In this document: positions 52,401 through 64,000 of the stretch, piece by piece
Layout: each line of letters starts with the position of its first letter
Numbering within the stretch: the stretch's first letter is position 1
Assembly: GCA_965153455.1 (NCBI GenBank)
Contig: OZ234494.1
Span: 11,718,001-11,782,000 of the forward strand
Reading direction: 5' to 3'
Source: Sphagnum compactum
Taxonomy: Eukaryota
Length of the DNA stretch: 64,000 bases
The notes under the pieces: generated by a model
What the model saw: the letters and a program-made list of their open reading frames with translations, nothing else
What the model was told of the DNA's origin: nothing
Database searches by the model: none
Position numbers and translations under genes: made by a program

Positions 52401-54774
52401 GCAAGGAGGGCACCAGGCCAGATCCTGGGAAGATTGAAGCAGTCCTGCATTTTCCAACGCCGAAGATAGCTACTAGTGTCAGATCGTTCTTAGGTCTGAC
52501 ATGTTACTACCGCAAGTACATTCGAGGCTACTCGAAGTTGGCAGGTCCACTGTTTGAGTTGACAAGGAAGGATGTTGCATTTGTGTGGGATGTGGGATGT
52601 CAACAGGCATATCAAGTGTTGAAGGCAGCGTTGGTGAATGCACCTGTACTCACACGTCCGGATTTCAGAAGGACGTTCTGGCTGGATGTAGACTGGTCGC
52701 CCAAGGGTGTTGGAGCGATTTTATCACAGAAAGAAGGCAGGTTGGAAAAGGTAGTGGCCTATGCCAGCAAAAGCCTGACGGAAGCACAAAGAAAATTCCA
52801 CCCCGTGGAAGGGGAGTGTTACGCTCTAATCTGGGGCGTCATGCACTTCAGGCAATATTTGCACAGGAATCACTTCATCCTGCGCACGGACCACAAGCCG
52901 CTTGAATGGCTGGCTACTGTGTTGGATGCACATGGCAGGAGAGGAAGGTGGGTGGACATGTTGCAAGATTTCAGTTTCAAGATAGTACATCGACCGGGGC
53001 TCAGGCACACGAACGTGGATGCATTGAGCAGAAATCCGATTGGACCAGCCACCAATGACGATGACTTCAGTGAAGAGATACAAGATATTGCGAGTACGCG
53101 AGCTGATGAGGAGTGCCTCTGTGTTCAGCCAGGTAAAAAAGGAGAGTGGTTCGGTACCAGGAGGAGGAATAAAGAATTGATACAGCACCGTGCCTGTTGT
53201 TTTGGGATCAACCATTGCAGGCATGATGGCAGCCATCAGCTATATGTAGTTGATGTTGTATCAGGAGAAGAGCAGCCTGAGGAGGCTGTTCCTGTTGAAT
53301 CAGAAGCTGCAGTCGGCGATGAATTAGTGCAGAATGAGGATGAGCGATTCATGGTGAAGAGGAGGAGACCCCAATACTTTGACAAACGGCAGCAGCTGGA
53401 TCTCATTCTGGAGGCTCAGGAGCTAGTTGAGTTTGGGGACCATGAACTGGGTCCTACTGTATCTAATAAGGAGGATCAGGAAGTAGGTGCCAAGTGTAGC
53501 GACATCTGGGAAGATGCAGTCAGTCTGGAATTGTTGAAGGACGGGGTGTTGCCTAATACTATGGAACCTGAAGAAAGTAAGAAGGCCAGGAAGAGAGTGA
53601 GCAACTACTACTGGAAGGAGCATAAGCTCTATTTCAAGGGGCTGCTCGTACCAAGGCCTGAGGAAAGAAGGTCCCTGGTGAGTCAGATGCATGAGGATCT
53701 GGGACACTTCGGAGAACAGAGGACGTTGGCCAAAATCCGTCAACGGTACTTCTGGCATCTTCGAACTGAAGATGTTAAGGCGATGGTCAGGAGTTGCCAG
53801 CAATGCCAGCTGGTGAAGAGTGAAGGTAGCATCCGCTCTGGGGATGAGCAGATGAAAAGCATTCCCATCTGTGACCTATTCTACGAGTTGCTTTAGACAC
53901 TGCAGGACCGTTGCCTGAGACTAAATCAAGCAACAAATACATATTGGTGGCCATTGACCACTATTCCAAGTGGTGCGAGGCAAGAGCAGTTTCGGATCAT
54001 GGTGCGAAGACTGCAGCCAGGTTCTTGGAGGACGACCTCATCTGCAGGTATGGCGTACCCAGGTTTGTACTCACTAACAATGGTAGTGAATGGGCTGCGG
54101 AATTCGAGGTAATGTGCAGGGATTATGGAATCCAACATCAGCGCACTGCGACTCATTGGCCTTAATGCAATGGGATGGCTGAGCGCATGATTAAGACCAT
54201 CAAGCATGGCATCACAGTTCTTGCTGCAACACCAGGCAGCACAGATTGTTGGGACGACCACCTAGCCAAGATTCTATTTGGGTACCGGTGTGGAGTCCAA
54301 ACTAGTACAAGGTTTTCGCCCTTCATGATCCTAACTGGCCGCACACCTCGACTCAGGGCAGACAATTATTTGCATGCCTTGACTGCTGAGACCGATGTTG
54401 GTGTGGAAGTGGAGGTGGCTGCAGCGCAATTCCTGCAGAAAATGGAGCTTATTGCAAGCATCCACGAGAGCGTACTGCTCAATGTGGAGCAAGCACAGAA
54501 GCAGCAGAGGAAGACTTATGCCTCTCAAAGAGGTAAACATCTGTTTGAGGGCCTGGTTGCAGGGGTGACGATGGTAAATATGAAGACGCCAGGAAAGAGA
54601 AGGGCTCTATCTGCGAGCTAGGAAGGCCCTTATCAGTTCGTTGGGCATGTTGATGGGAAGGGAAATTTTGACTCTAAAGAAGGGAGTCGACTATGCATTG
54701 TCCAAGATGCTGATGGACATCAGTGGGAGAGATCTCGTCGAGATCTACAGATCTACCACATTCCACCAGATTGA
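49415..54774 (+). pseudogene. gag-pol polyprotein (single frame originally), disrupted
   Basis: Gag with three Cys/His knuckles, protease LVDTGA, RT (RFCGDYRPLN, LDLQSGFWQI, MPFGLKNA, VFVDD), RNase H (LDVDWS, ECYAL, TDHKPL), integrase (H..H..CQQC, DTAGP, IDHYSK, NGMAER) and GPY motif. Stops at 51149, 52145, 54163 and 54619; 1-nt frameshift near 53885; terminal TGA 54772-54774. Confidence 0.96.
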
Positions 54775-54799
54775 GTGAGGCTGAGGGACCCAGCTGTTT

Positions 54800-54812
54800 A
54801 AAAACGGAGGGG
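54800..54812 (+). promoter_or_regulatory. Polypurine tract
   Basis: AAAAACGGAGGGG, ending 7 nt before TGTAAC. Confidence 0.75.
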
Positions 54813-54819
54813 TTACATA

Positions 54820-55603
54820 TGTAACGCGAAATCAGGTCGCCATATCTTGTGAACATTCCCTGATACTGGAAATTGAGTTTTTGCTTTCTTGAGCCGTTTG
54901 CTTTTGTGGCGGCTGCCTTTCCATTAATGCTGCATGGGAGTGCATGGGAAGCTTGGCTGACTGTGTGTGGGATTCTGTACAGGGAAATTCAAGTGGTGGC
55001 TACTACTAAATAGGCATGGAGGCCGATTGGCGGCGCCGAATTATGAGGGATGGAACTACCATTATGGGCGGAGTCGGTTTGGAGCTGTAATGGGGGGAGG
55101 AAAAGAGTAGAGAGAGGGAAGTAAAGGATCGGGGTAGAGGATAGTGAGGAGGTTCAGTTAGTGGCAGGAGAGCTTGGCTGAATGCTGGAATTTTCCGTTG
55201 CGCCTGGTAACTGGCCAAGCTGCTGTAGAGAAATTCGGGAGAGAGAGAAAGATCAGACAAAACTAGGAATGTGGTGGTTTGTGAACTTCTGATGGAAGTC
55301 AGGCTTGTGCTTTCGAGCGATGTATATAGTCTATAATGAAAGAGTTTCCTTGGCTGGCAATTGTGTGAGTGGGCGAGGCAGGAGACGGATGATGTGAAAT
55401 TTGCCCTGTTGTTGTGTGAAAGCAAAGCACTTGTTCATCTCTGGTCTTGCAATGTGTGTCTGTGAGAGTCAGTAGGCAGTTAGCGTGTTGTGTGATGATC
55501 AGAGGTTTGAGTTGTGTGTAGAAGATCAGGAGAACGTGGACGCTTGGGGTCGCGCAGGCAGTCAGTGTACTATGTGATCTCGGACCCTCTCTTTTTGGTT
55601 ACA
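54820..55603 (+). repeat. 3' LTR (784 bp, complete)
   Basis: Starts TGTAAC (54820) and ends GTTACA (55603), a 6-bp terminal inverted repeat. Confidence 0.88.
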
Positions 55604-58600
55604 CTATCAACTTTTCAAAAAAAATGTTCCTCTTTGTTTCCAAATGTGAAACCCAAGCCTTGAATCACACCAATAAATCGCCATTAACAACATGATCATC
55701 AACCTTGAACAAATCCATTAGTGAAACACCAAATGGGCATCTATTTATTGGCCCTTGCACCATTGACTAAAGAAGGTGATGCAAATTTGCACATAACATT
55801 CAATTTGCCAAAAATTTCCCCCCAACTTCACTTTTATTAGAGAAAGCCATTAACCCACCACCTTTAACAAGTTGTGTTTTTTCTCTCCGACTTTTCTTTG
55901 CACACTGTTGAAGTAATTGCCTTTGCTCAATTCACTTTCTTTCTTTTCTCTTGATATAACCTTTCGCAAACTAAACATGAAACTCATTGTTAATGATGTG
56001 AGGTGTACCAAAGACTTGCCAATAATGCTTTAACAAATCTTAATTGCATTTGGGATGAAAAAATGGATTAATAGTTTTCAAACTTGTACAACCAAATTCA
56101 TAAAATGTCCTAAAGGGGGGACAACAACTTGTGTTTAGGCAAAGCATAGGGCATAATGTGCAACTTAGGGCAAATTTGGTACAAAGGAAAAAAATGAGAT
56201 AATATTTGAAAATGTTCTAAAATTAGTGCATTTTTTAGTTTCACCATGTGTTTGCATGTTTTCATGTGTGATGAGAGTTGAAGTGAGCAAGCCAAGAAAG
56301 GACAAGTGAAAGTCGTGTTTTTGTGTTTTTGTGCGGGATGAAACTTGAAATAAGCAATGAGTGAAGAGATGACTAAAGAGAGTTGGAATGTCAAAGAGGG
56401 CTTGAAAGAGAGGATTCAAAGATCTCAAATGCTTAATGAGAATGTTTGGAAACCTAGAAGATTTGGGCTTGAAAAAGAAAGGTGGAAAGGAGTGTTAAGG
56501 TTTCAAAAACATTGAGAAAGAACTCAAAGGCCTAGAAGGTCTCATGTTGCAAAAGAGAGGGTTTGAGATGGGCATTATACTTCTCATCAACAAAAAAACA
56601 AGTTGTTTTGCCATGAGAGGCTTTGCCTTGAAAATAAGGTATTACATTTAACGTTCTACTATGAACTCAAGTTATATTTGATGAAAGTTTGTTGGCTTTA
56701 TGAAAGATCATTTTTTCTTTTCACATTTGTATTAAACAATAAAGTTTTTAAACCATCTTAGAATTCATTGTACATGTTTAGAAATTGAAACCATAGTTCC
56801 ATTGTCTTTTCTTTAACCATACAAATGAATATAAAGTTGTGATTAATTATATTGTTTTAAAAAATCCAAGTTTGATAATGTAGACAAATTTTAGCAATAT
56901 GCATGAGGTATTTCAATGTTTAAAATAAACATCAATATTTAATGGATATAATTTACATGGAAAGATTTTTATTTTTGGTCTCATTTTCATTTTGAAGTTT
57001 GAGATTTGGCATTTTTTGTATTTGTTTTTGTCACATTTTGGGTTTAGGTTTTCCATGAAAGGTGTGTTGTTATGATGTTTGATGGGTGTACATGTGAATA
57101 GAACAATCATTCAAATTTTTCTTGTTTTGGTGTTGATATTTACAATTTTTTTTGCACATGGTCCATGAAAAAAATGTAAAAATGCAAATTCAAGCCACAA
57201 GGTGCCAACAGTTTTGAGAATAATTAATTAGGTGGAAAATGCAACATTTACATGCATATTTTCACAAACGCTCCACTTTAAATAAATGGAGACATTAATG
57301 ATTTTTTTGTTATGCATTAGAAGTGTGTTTGGTAATTTGAATACAATATAAATCAGTTTGTGAAAATCTGACCAATATGCTTTTGTTACACCAGATTTAC
57401 ATTCATTTCCAGGGACATCTTCCCATATATGGTCTAATTGAAATCCAACTTTTGTGGTGTTTTCATTAAATTTTGATTTCAATTGGAATTTATCCATGAA
57501 ATATAATAGTTCTTGTTTATTTTTCAGTTGGTTCTTTTAGAATGTCAACATTAAAATCTCCCATAATGATGATTGGGCAATGTTCAAGAGATTTTTGAAT
57601 TATAGTTTGAAGATTGTTTAGGAATGTAGAAATTGAACATGAATGAACTTTATACACACAAATGGTTTTTTCACAATATGTTGTTGATGATTTTTAAATG
57701 CCATCAGCTCCATTCACAAGACTATAAAATGTTGCATAGTTACCAGCACATAATTCAACCAACATATTTTTTTGTATATTATTTGTAGAATGCAAACTTG
57801 CAATTTTACTCAGATCATTTGAGAGTTTGTAAGATGGTGGGCATGATTGATAGTTGATGTCCATTGCTTTGAAAATAAACGTGGGACCTAATGTGTTAGT
57901 GAACACATTTTCATTATTTTTTGCATAAATTTATTTGTATATAATAAATATGGAATAGTAAAATTGTTGGGTGGTTGTCAATTACAAATTGAATTTATAA
58001 ATTCAACATCCTTCGTATTTTTTGTTGCAATACGAAATTTGTTCAAAGTTTGTATAAAGACCATATCAGACTATCGCATAACTTTATTTAATCCATAACA
58101 TTGGACATATGTTTGCCAAAAAATTCGTGCTAATGCATTAACATTATTTTTGATATTTTGAAATATCCAACTATCTATCACAGGGGGGTGCTTGATAGAA
58201 ATCACTTGTCATGATCACATCAACACCACCAAAAAATTTGTTTTAAATGTGTTTTATGGATCTTAGCCTATTATTTATAACATTAAACATTCTAGCACCA
58301 ACAAATGATCTTTCATCTATCAAAATAAGTTGTAATTGTTCATATCGACTGTAAGCCTATTTAATGAATCTAATGATAAGTTTGGTAAACTAAATAACGA
58401 TTGTTGGGCAGGTTTGTTTAATGTTGAATGTATTGTCAAACCATCAATAATGAAGGCAATTTTACCTATAATGCCATAAGTAAAGCGTTGGATTTTGTTA
58501 AGTCAAAAGATATGTCTCTATTGTATAATTGTAATAATATTTAAATTATGAGTTTCAAACTAAAAGTTTTACTAATTCCTGCACCTCTTGTAAAAAATAA

Positions 58601-60803
58601 ACATATAAATGTATCAGGATACAATTGTTTTCTATACATAACATCATCAAATCTTAAATTTTATTCTTCATTTAATTGTCTAAGTAAACTACAATATTCA
58701 AATTCTTCCATCATCATGGAATATAATGATTTTGTGAAATTTTCATCTTTTATAAATTATGATTTTTGGTTTGATCCATTACATGATTGAATAACAAAAT
58801 TAAATCGTAAATCGTAGTGTTCAATATTGATTGTGTTTGTTATAGGAATTGTAAAACGTGGATCATTTATTTCACTATTTATATCGTTAGTCCAAATGTT
58901 AGTTGAATGTAATGATTTTGATTTTGAATCTATTAAATCATCCATTTATCATGTATTTGGATATGGCATTTGGTAGTTGAAAATAAATTTAGTCTTTAAA
59001 ATGTCATCATGTTATTGACACTATGCATCATGCGAGGTTACATTAATTCTAAGTTAGGAGTTTTTTAAATTTCAAAATGGTGAATACAATGAAAGTTTTT
59101 CTCTTGACCAATTTTTAATATCTTTATATTTATTATAATTTACAAACTTAATAATTTTGGGCTTGCAATGTTTTGAAATCTTTTTTTTTTAATGTTATAA
59201 AAAAAACTAAATTCTGCTAATGAAAACAATTCATATTAATTAGGACGATTAATATATTTGTTTATGATCGATGAACACATTATATCAATTGAATTTGGTT
59301 CTAATTCATTTAATGAAACTTGTGATTTTAACACAAAAACACGTTTTTAGAAGGAGAAGTATTTATGAATTGAAATGTTTGAAATGAAGGATGTAATGGT
59401 AAAGAAAGCACAAAGTAAGCAGCAAGTTGAACAACCATTTGTTGGGCATTAAAAAAAAAATTACTTAATTTTTGAATTTTTATATTTGCATCTATATTAT
59501 TTGCAATGGATTTTTTTATGACAGAATGTAGTTTTGATGTTATTGATTTATCGTTTTTTGTCATATATGATGTGCAATATGTTACAGCTGCATATGGGTC
59601 CAAGATCAATTGAATATATGTATTTGCAAACCACAAATGAACAACACATATACTAAATGCATTATTTTTTATGCTTTTAAGAGTTTGTTTTTAAAAAATG
59701 TGTGGCTTTGTTAATTTACTTTTCAAACTTAATATATGTGTATTTTCATCAAAGTTTTAAAATTTTAAATATTCAAAAAATGATATATCGTCGTTTTTTT
59801 AAAAATATTTTAAAGATTGGAATATTTTGTTTGCTTGTGTTTGGAAGTATTGTTGTGAAAATGGATAATTTCCATTTATTTGAAGAGGTTCTAAAATTTT
59901 TGTTTCATGCATAGGAGGCAATGGGTAATGAAATCTATAAACAAAATGATTTTTTTTCTTACATATACGTGTGTGTTGATGTTGTTGTGCATTTTGTAAT
60001 GGGTGTGGTAACAATGATACATCATAAGAAATATACATGTCTACAAACTTTTCAATCTTTTCATTTGTGTGCACTTCATACATAGGTGCATTTTTTATCC
60101 ATAAAAGTCCACGGTCATGTATGCTCCCATGATTTTGGAATTCAGTGATGAAAAATTCAAAAATATACTTAAAAAAAACTGATCTTTTGATGAGTTTGTG
60201 AAAACAGGATGTTTTATGATTGTAATATCTTGCACATGTGATAAAGTCAAATTGTATTAATTTTGCTATATGAATAGATTGGAGATTTTCTATTTTATTT
60301 GGGAGATTTAATCTTGAAGCATGTAATGTGTGTAAAACTTTAATGAAAGGTTCCCATAGTCTTTTAGCAAACGTAAAAATGACAAAAAAATTTACAAAAC
60401 CAAGTTGTCGAATCATTGTAAATAATTTTTTTCACAACCTTTCAAAATAATCAGGTGAATTACGCAAACCTTCCAAATCACGATAACCTAAGTATGATTT
60501 GAAAATATTATTTAAATTTAATTATCTTGTATTTGATAAGCTTTTAAAATTTTACTTCATAGTTTTCCTTTTCGTATTCGCACCCAACCAAAACCTATGA
60601 CTTTTTGGATGGAAATTTTAATAGCTTAAATAGAAAGGTTAGAAATATTTGTTGAAAAATCCCTAGATTTATGAAATAATTCCTATTGAACTATTTGTTG
60701 ATATGAATAACTTTGAAAAATTTGTCAAGGTTGCCCATAGAACAATGTTGAAAAATTTAGTTTTTCTGAATGTTTATTTTAAAATAAACCTAAAAGGTGA
60801 AAG

Positions 60804-63422
60804 CACTACTAGAAATTTTGGGTTTTGCAACTAAAATTCAGTTGCATGCGACACATGCAACTACAAATTTGTGTAGTTGCATAAGACAAGTTGCACATGA
60901 CATGCAGTTACATGCGACACTACGTATGCAACATGTATATACGATGTTAGTATACATGTTCATACATACATATTAATCCAAATGAGTTGCACCTTATGTG
61001 CAATTTTCCTTGCAACTACAATGCAACTAATTAAAATATGACACATGTTTAAAAATTAGACAACTAGCTTGTGGACACGTGTCATTTTATTTATTTTTTG
61101 TGTTTTCAAAATCAAAAATTCATTTGATTAATCTCAATCATTAAATTTTTTGCCACTAGGATGATGACACATGGCACACCATGGAACATTCATTGACCAT
61201 TTGACACGTGTTCATTTTTAACACCAATTATATGGTGACACGTGGCAATCAAGGCTCAACTATTTTTAAATTCTTAAATATTAATTAATGAAATCTACAT
61301 CATCCAATTTATGGTTAATAAAATGTTGACATGTGGTGCCTAGGTAGGTAGATAATAATTAAACCCTATTAAGTAAGTAGGTTTATTTAGGTATGTAAGT
61401 AGGCTGAAAAATAGCTAGGCTTAGGTTATATAAGTAGGTTTAAAATAATCCGATTTTATTTTTAGGTTTGACCATTTCATAAAGGTCGAGTTTTTTTCAT
61501 TCACTCATCCCCAATGGCGCTTGGTATTTGGTTTCAATATAACTATTGCTCCTAGTTATATACTAAGCCAAATAGAATTGGAAGCCAAAGGATATGGGTT
61601 AAAGCATTCCATTGCAAACCTCATGAACCAACCTAGTTGCACATTAGATGCAATTACTGTATTAAAGTATACCAGCAAGGGGATGGCTCTATTGCTTTTG
61701 GTGTCCAAACAAAACTTGAAGCCCTTCTCTTGGCGTATCTAATATATTAGAAATCGTTGAAAATAGATTAAAAATGAGAAAGTTATGGCCCCCCAAAGTA
61801 AAGGGGGTCAAAAAATTCAAAAAAAAAACTATTGAACACTACAAAGGCCGGTTCTTAAACACCCAGAAAGTTCATGTTATGTTATTTTTTTGTCATTAGA
61901 GTTCCAATGTGATTTGTAGGACTTCAGATGGCGCTCCTATAGCATTTTAAATTGTTTAAAATGAATAAGAAATAAGAAAGTTATGAGCTTTGAAAGTAGG
62001 AGGGGTCCAAAGAAAAAAACAAAACGTTTTATAACTTGGAAAGCTTATTTTTCTTATTTTTCTTCTTGTTAGTTTTTCATTACTCCTTTTCTTTTGCACT
62101 TCAAAGGTGATTATAGGATATTTTTAGTAATTATGATTATTTAATGAAAATATGATTTTAATATCATTATCTAGTTTAAATTAATAATTAGCTTAGGACG
62201 TTTGTATACTTGTAGGTTAATTAATGTAACCTATTTACATTAATATTTTAACATGAATAGTAAAATTTAAATATATAATACCTATTTATTATATCTATAT
62301 AATTGATTATCACTATAATTATAATAAACATTTAATTAATAATTATGATTATTTATAATAAGTTTTAAATATTATCATATTAATTGATTTTGAATATTTT
62401 TTGTTTGATCAAATGTACATTTTCTGAAAAAATATTCCAAAATAAAATAAAGTCAAACATATTTAAACCATGGTTTAGTTTAATTTAATTTAGCATAATT
62501 TAGTTTAGCAATAATTAATTTTAACCTAACTTAATTTAACCATTGTTAATTTTAACCTAATTTAATTTAGCCATAAATATTTTAGCATAATTTAATTTAA
62601 CCATATTAATTTATCCTAATTTAATTTAGTTTAGCCATAAATATTATAGCCTAACTTGATTTAGCCATAATTAGTTTGGCCTAACTTAATTTAGCCATAT
62701 TTATTTTAGCCTAGTTTAATTTATCTTAATTTAGTTTAGCCATAATTAATATAATCTAATTTAATTTAGCCTAACTCGATTTAGCCATAATTAGTTTGGC
62801 CTAACTTAATTTAGCCATAGTTAATTTAAATTAATTTAATTTAGCCATAATCGGTTTAATTTAACAAATTAGGCCATGGTTAATTTTAGCCTTATTTAAT
62901 TTAGCCATAATTATTTTAACCTAACTTAATTTAACTATGCTTAGTTTAGCTTAATTTGATTTAATTTAATTTAATTTAGCCATAATTAATTTAGTTTAGC
63001 TTACTTTAACCATGGTTAATTTAACTTGATTTAATTTAATTTAATTTAACTTAGCCATAATTAGTTTAGCCTAGCTTAATTTAGCCATGGTTAATTTAAT
63101 TTTTTAATTTATTTAGCCTAGGTTAGTTTAAGCATGGTTAATTTAACCTAGGTTAGTTTAGACGTTATTTTAAACCTCTTAGTACTAGAGGTACATAATA
63201 CTAATATATATAGCCTATGTAGATATATTATGTATAGTAATTTAAGTATGACACGTGTCCATGTTATACACATTTAGTTGCATGTTAGTTGCACACACAA
63301 CCGTATGGCCCAAAAATTATACAATACCGAATTTGTAGTTGCAAATATGACTAAGATAGTTACAACCAGTTGCATGCCAGTTGCATAGTGACTGGTTGCA
63401 AATGACAAGATTTCTAGTAGTG
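60804..63422. mobile_element. Non-autonomous CACTA element inserted in the Helitron ORF
   Basis: Perfect 13-bp TIR CACTACTAGAAAT / ATTTCTAGTAGTG; TSD AAG (60801-60803 and 63423-63425); dense GTTGCA/TGCAAC subterminal repeats. The Helitron reading resumes across the empty site. Confidence 0.96.
62460..63160. repeat. AT-rich minisatellite (TTAAT/TTAGC pentamers, TTAATTTAGCCATAA units) inside the CACTA element
   Basis: About 700 bp of 5-bp-period repeats with higher-order duplication (e.g. ~62648-62699 vs ~62768-62819). Confidence 0.9.
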
Positions 63423-64000
63423 AAGTCTTGACTTAAGGCAATAGAATATATAATATTTTCATAATCCATTATTTCTTAAAGCATTTAAAAAATTATGTAT
63501 CATTAAATATGTTGGTGTATAATGTATTTTTTCATTGTCAGAATCAAAGTTATCAGATGATGCATTATTATAAGTAAGAATTTGAGATTCTGAATTCATA
63601 TGCAAAGTAAACAAACTTGCCCATTGATGATGAATGTTAACATTCAAATATTTGGATAATAGTGTTTCAATTGAATCTCATAAAGTGACCATCACCATAT
63701 TTGGATGAACATTTTTTGACATATAAGGTGATTTGTATTCAAGATGTCATTTAATTAACACACCTATTGTTGTACCATCATGGGGTAAATGTGGTAGTAT
63801 TGATTGAGTTTGATCCATATTTGTAAGGACATTAATAACACTAACATGTATCTTATATTGCCCATTCCCTTGGAGTTTATAAATTTGAGCAAAAATAAGA
63901 CGTGGTGAAATAAGATGTTTTTCTAATTATGTTAATTTTTGGACTATGGAATAATTTTATTTTTAGAAATTTGATTTGGTACCTGATATAAAGGTGGTTT

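Larger units (their letters stand above)
47940..55603 (+). mobile_element. Ty3/Gypsy LTR retrotransposon, near full length, inactivated, no chromodomain seen
   Basis: Direct repeats 47940-48532 and 55007-55599; PBS; gag-PR-RT-RH-IN order; purine tract before the 3' LTR. Confidence 0.97.
57228..64000 (-). mobile_element. Decayed Helentron/Helitron2-type rolling-circle transposon (DUF6570-like + Rep + PIF1 helicase + AP-type endonuclease); continues beyond the window
   Basis: Minus-strand order: LEKHLISPRL..GQY..NV..LPHLP (~63780-63925), IYSIA..HLLGLF across the CACTA insert, MIRQLG..FFV.F (60416), EFQNHGSIHDRGLLWI (HUH-like), QQHQHTRIC, CTSYMTK, helicase remnants (FGGVDVI, LVNGADG), then IIIMGDFNVDIL (~57545-57580), TT..FQLDHIW and YWSDFHK (57228-57497). 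Confidence 0.9.

Noticed and set aside
54620-54774. Possible chromodomain at the integrase C-terminus
   Set aside because: Only a GPY-type tail is present; no chromodomain aromatic-cage pattern before the stop.
55604-56560. Broken minus-strand coding-like sequence flanking the Gypsy element (WQVFGTPHI..)
   Set aside because: Probably an older TE hosting the insertion, but too decayed to name or delimit.

Overview
Eukaryotic, intron-rich land-plant DNA. The gene style and repeat families suggest a moss, probably Sphagnum-like; this is inference from pattern recognition, not a database result. Three host genes lie on the minus strand: a type I inositol-polyphosphate 5-phosphatase (501-4657), an importin-beta/karyopherin HEAT-repeat gene (34702-43918) and a two-exon 109-aa membrane-protein gene (46436-46983) that I hypothesise is TMEM242/Aim11-like. 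The rest is layered transposon DNA. It includes a decayed CRE-like RLE non-LTR retrotransposon (~15.8-18.5 kb) and a decayed CACTA transposase element (~21.6-30.6 kb) with two nested CACTA derivatives. There are hAT relics and MITE-like repeats. A young but inactivated Ty3/Gypsy element (47940-55603) carries an unexplained extra ORF upstream of gag. An endonuclease-bearing Helentron-type Helitron (57.2 kb to the window end) is split by a clean CACTA insertion (60804-63422). No rRNA, tRNA or CRISPR was seen. The best novelty candidates are the Gypsy extra ORF, the land-plant Helentron and the small TMEM242-like gene. All homology calls are from motif recognition by eye.
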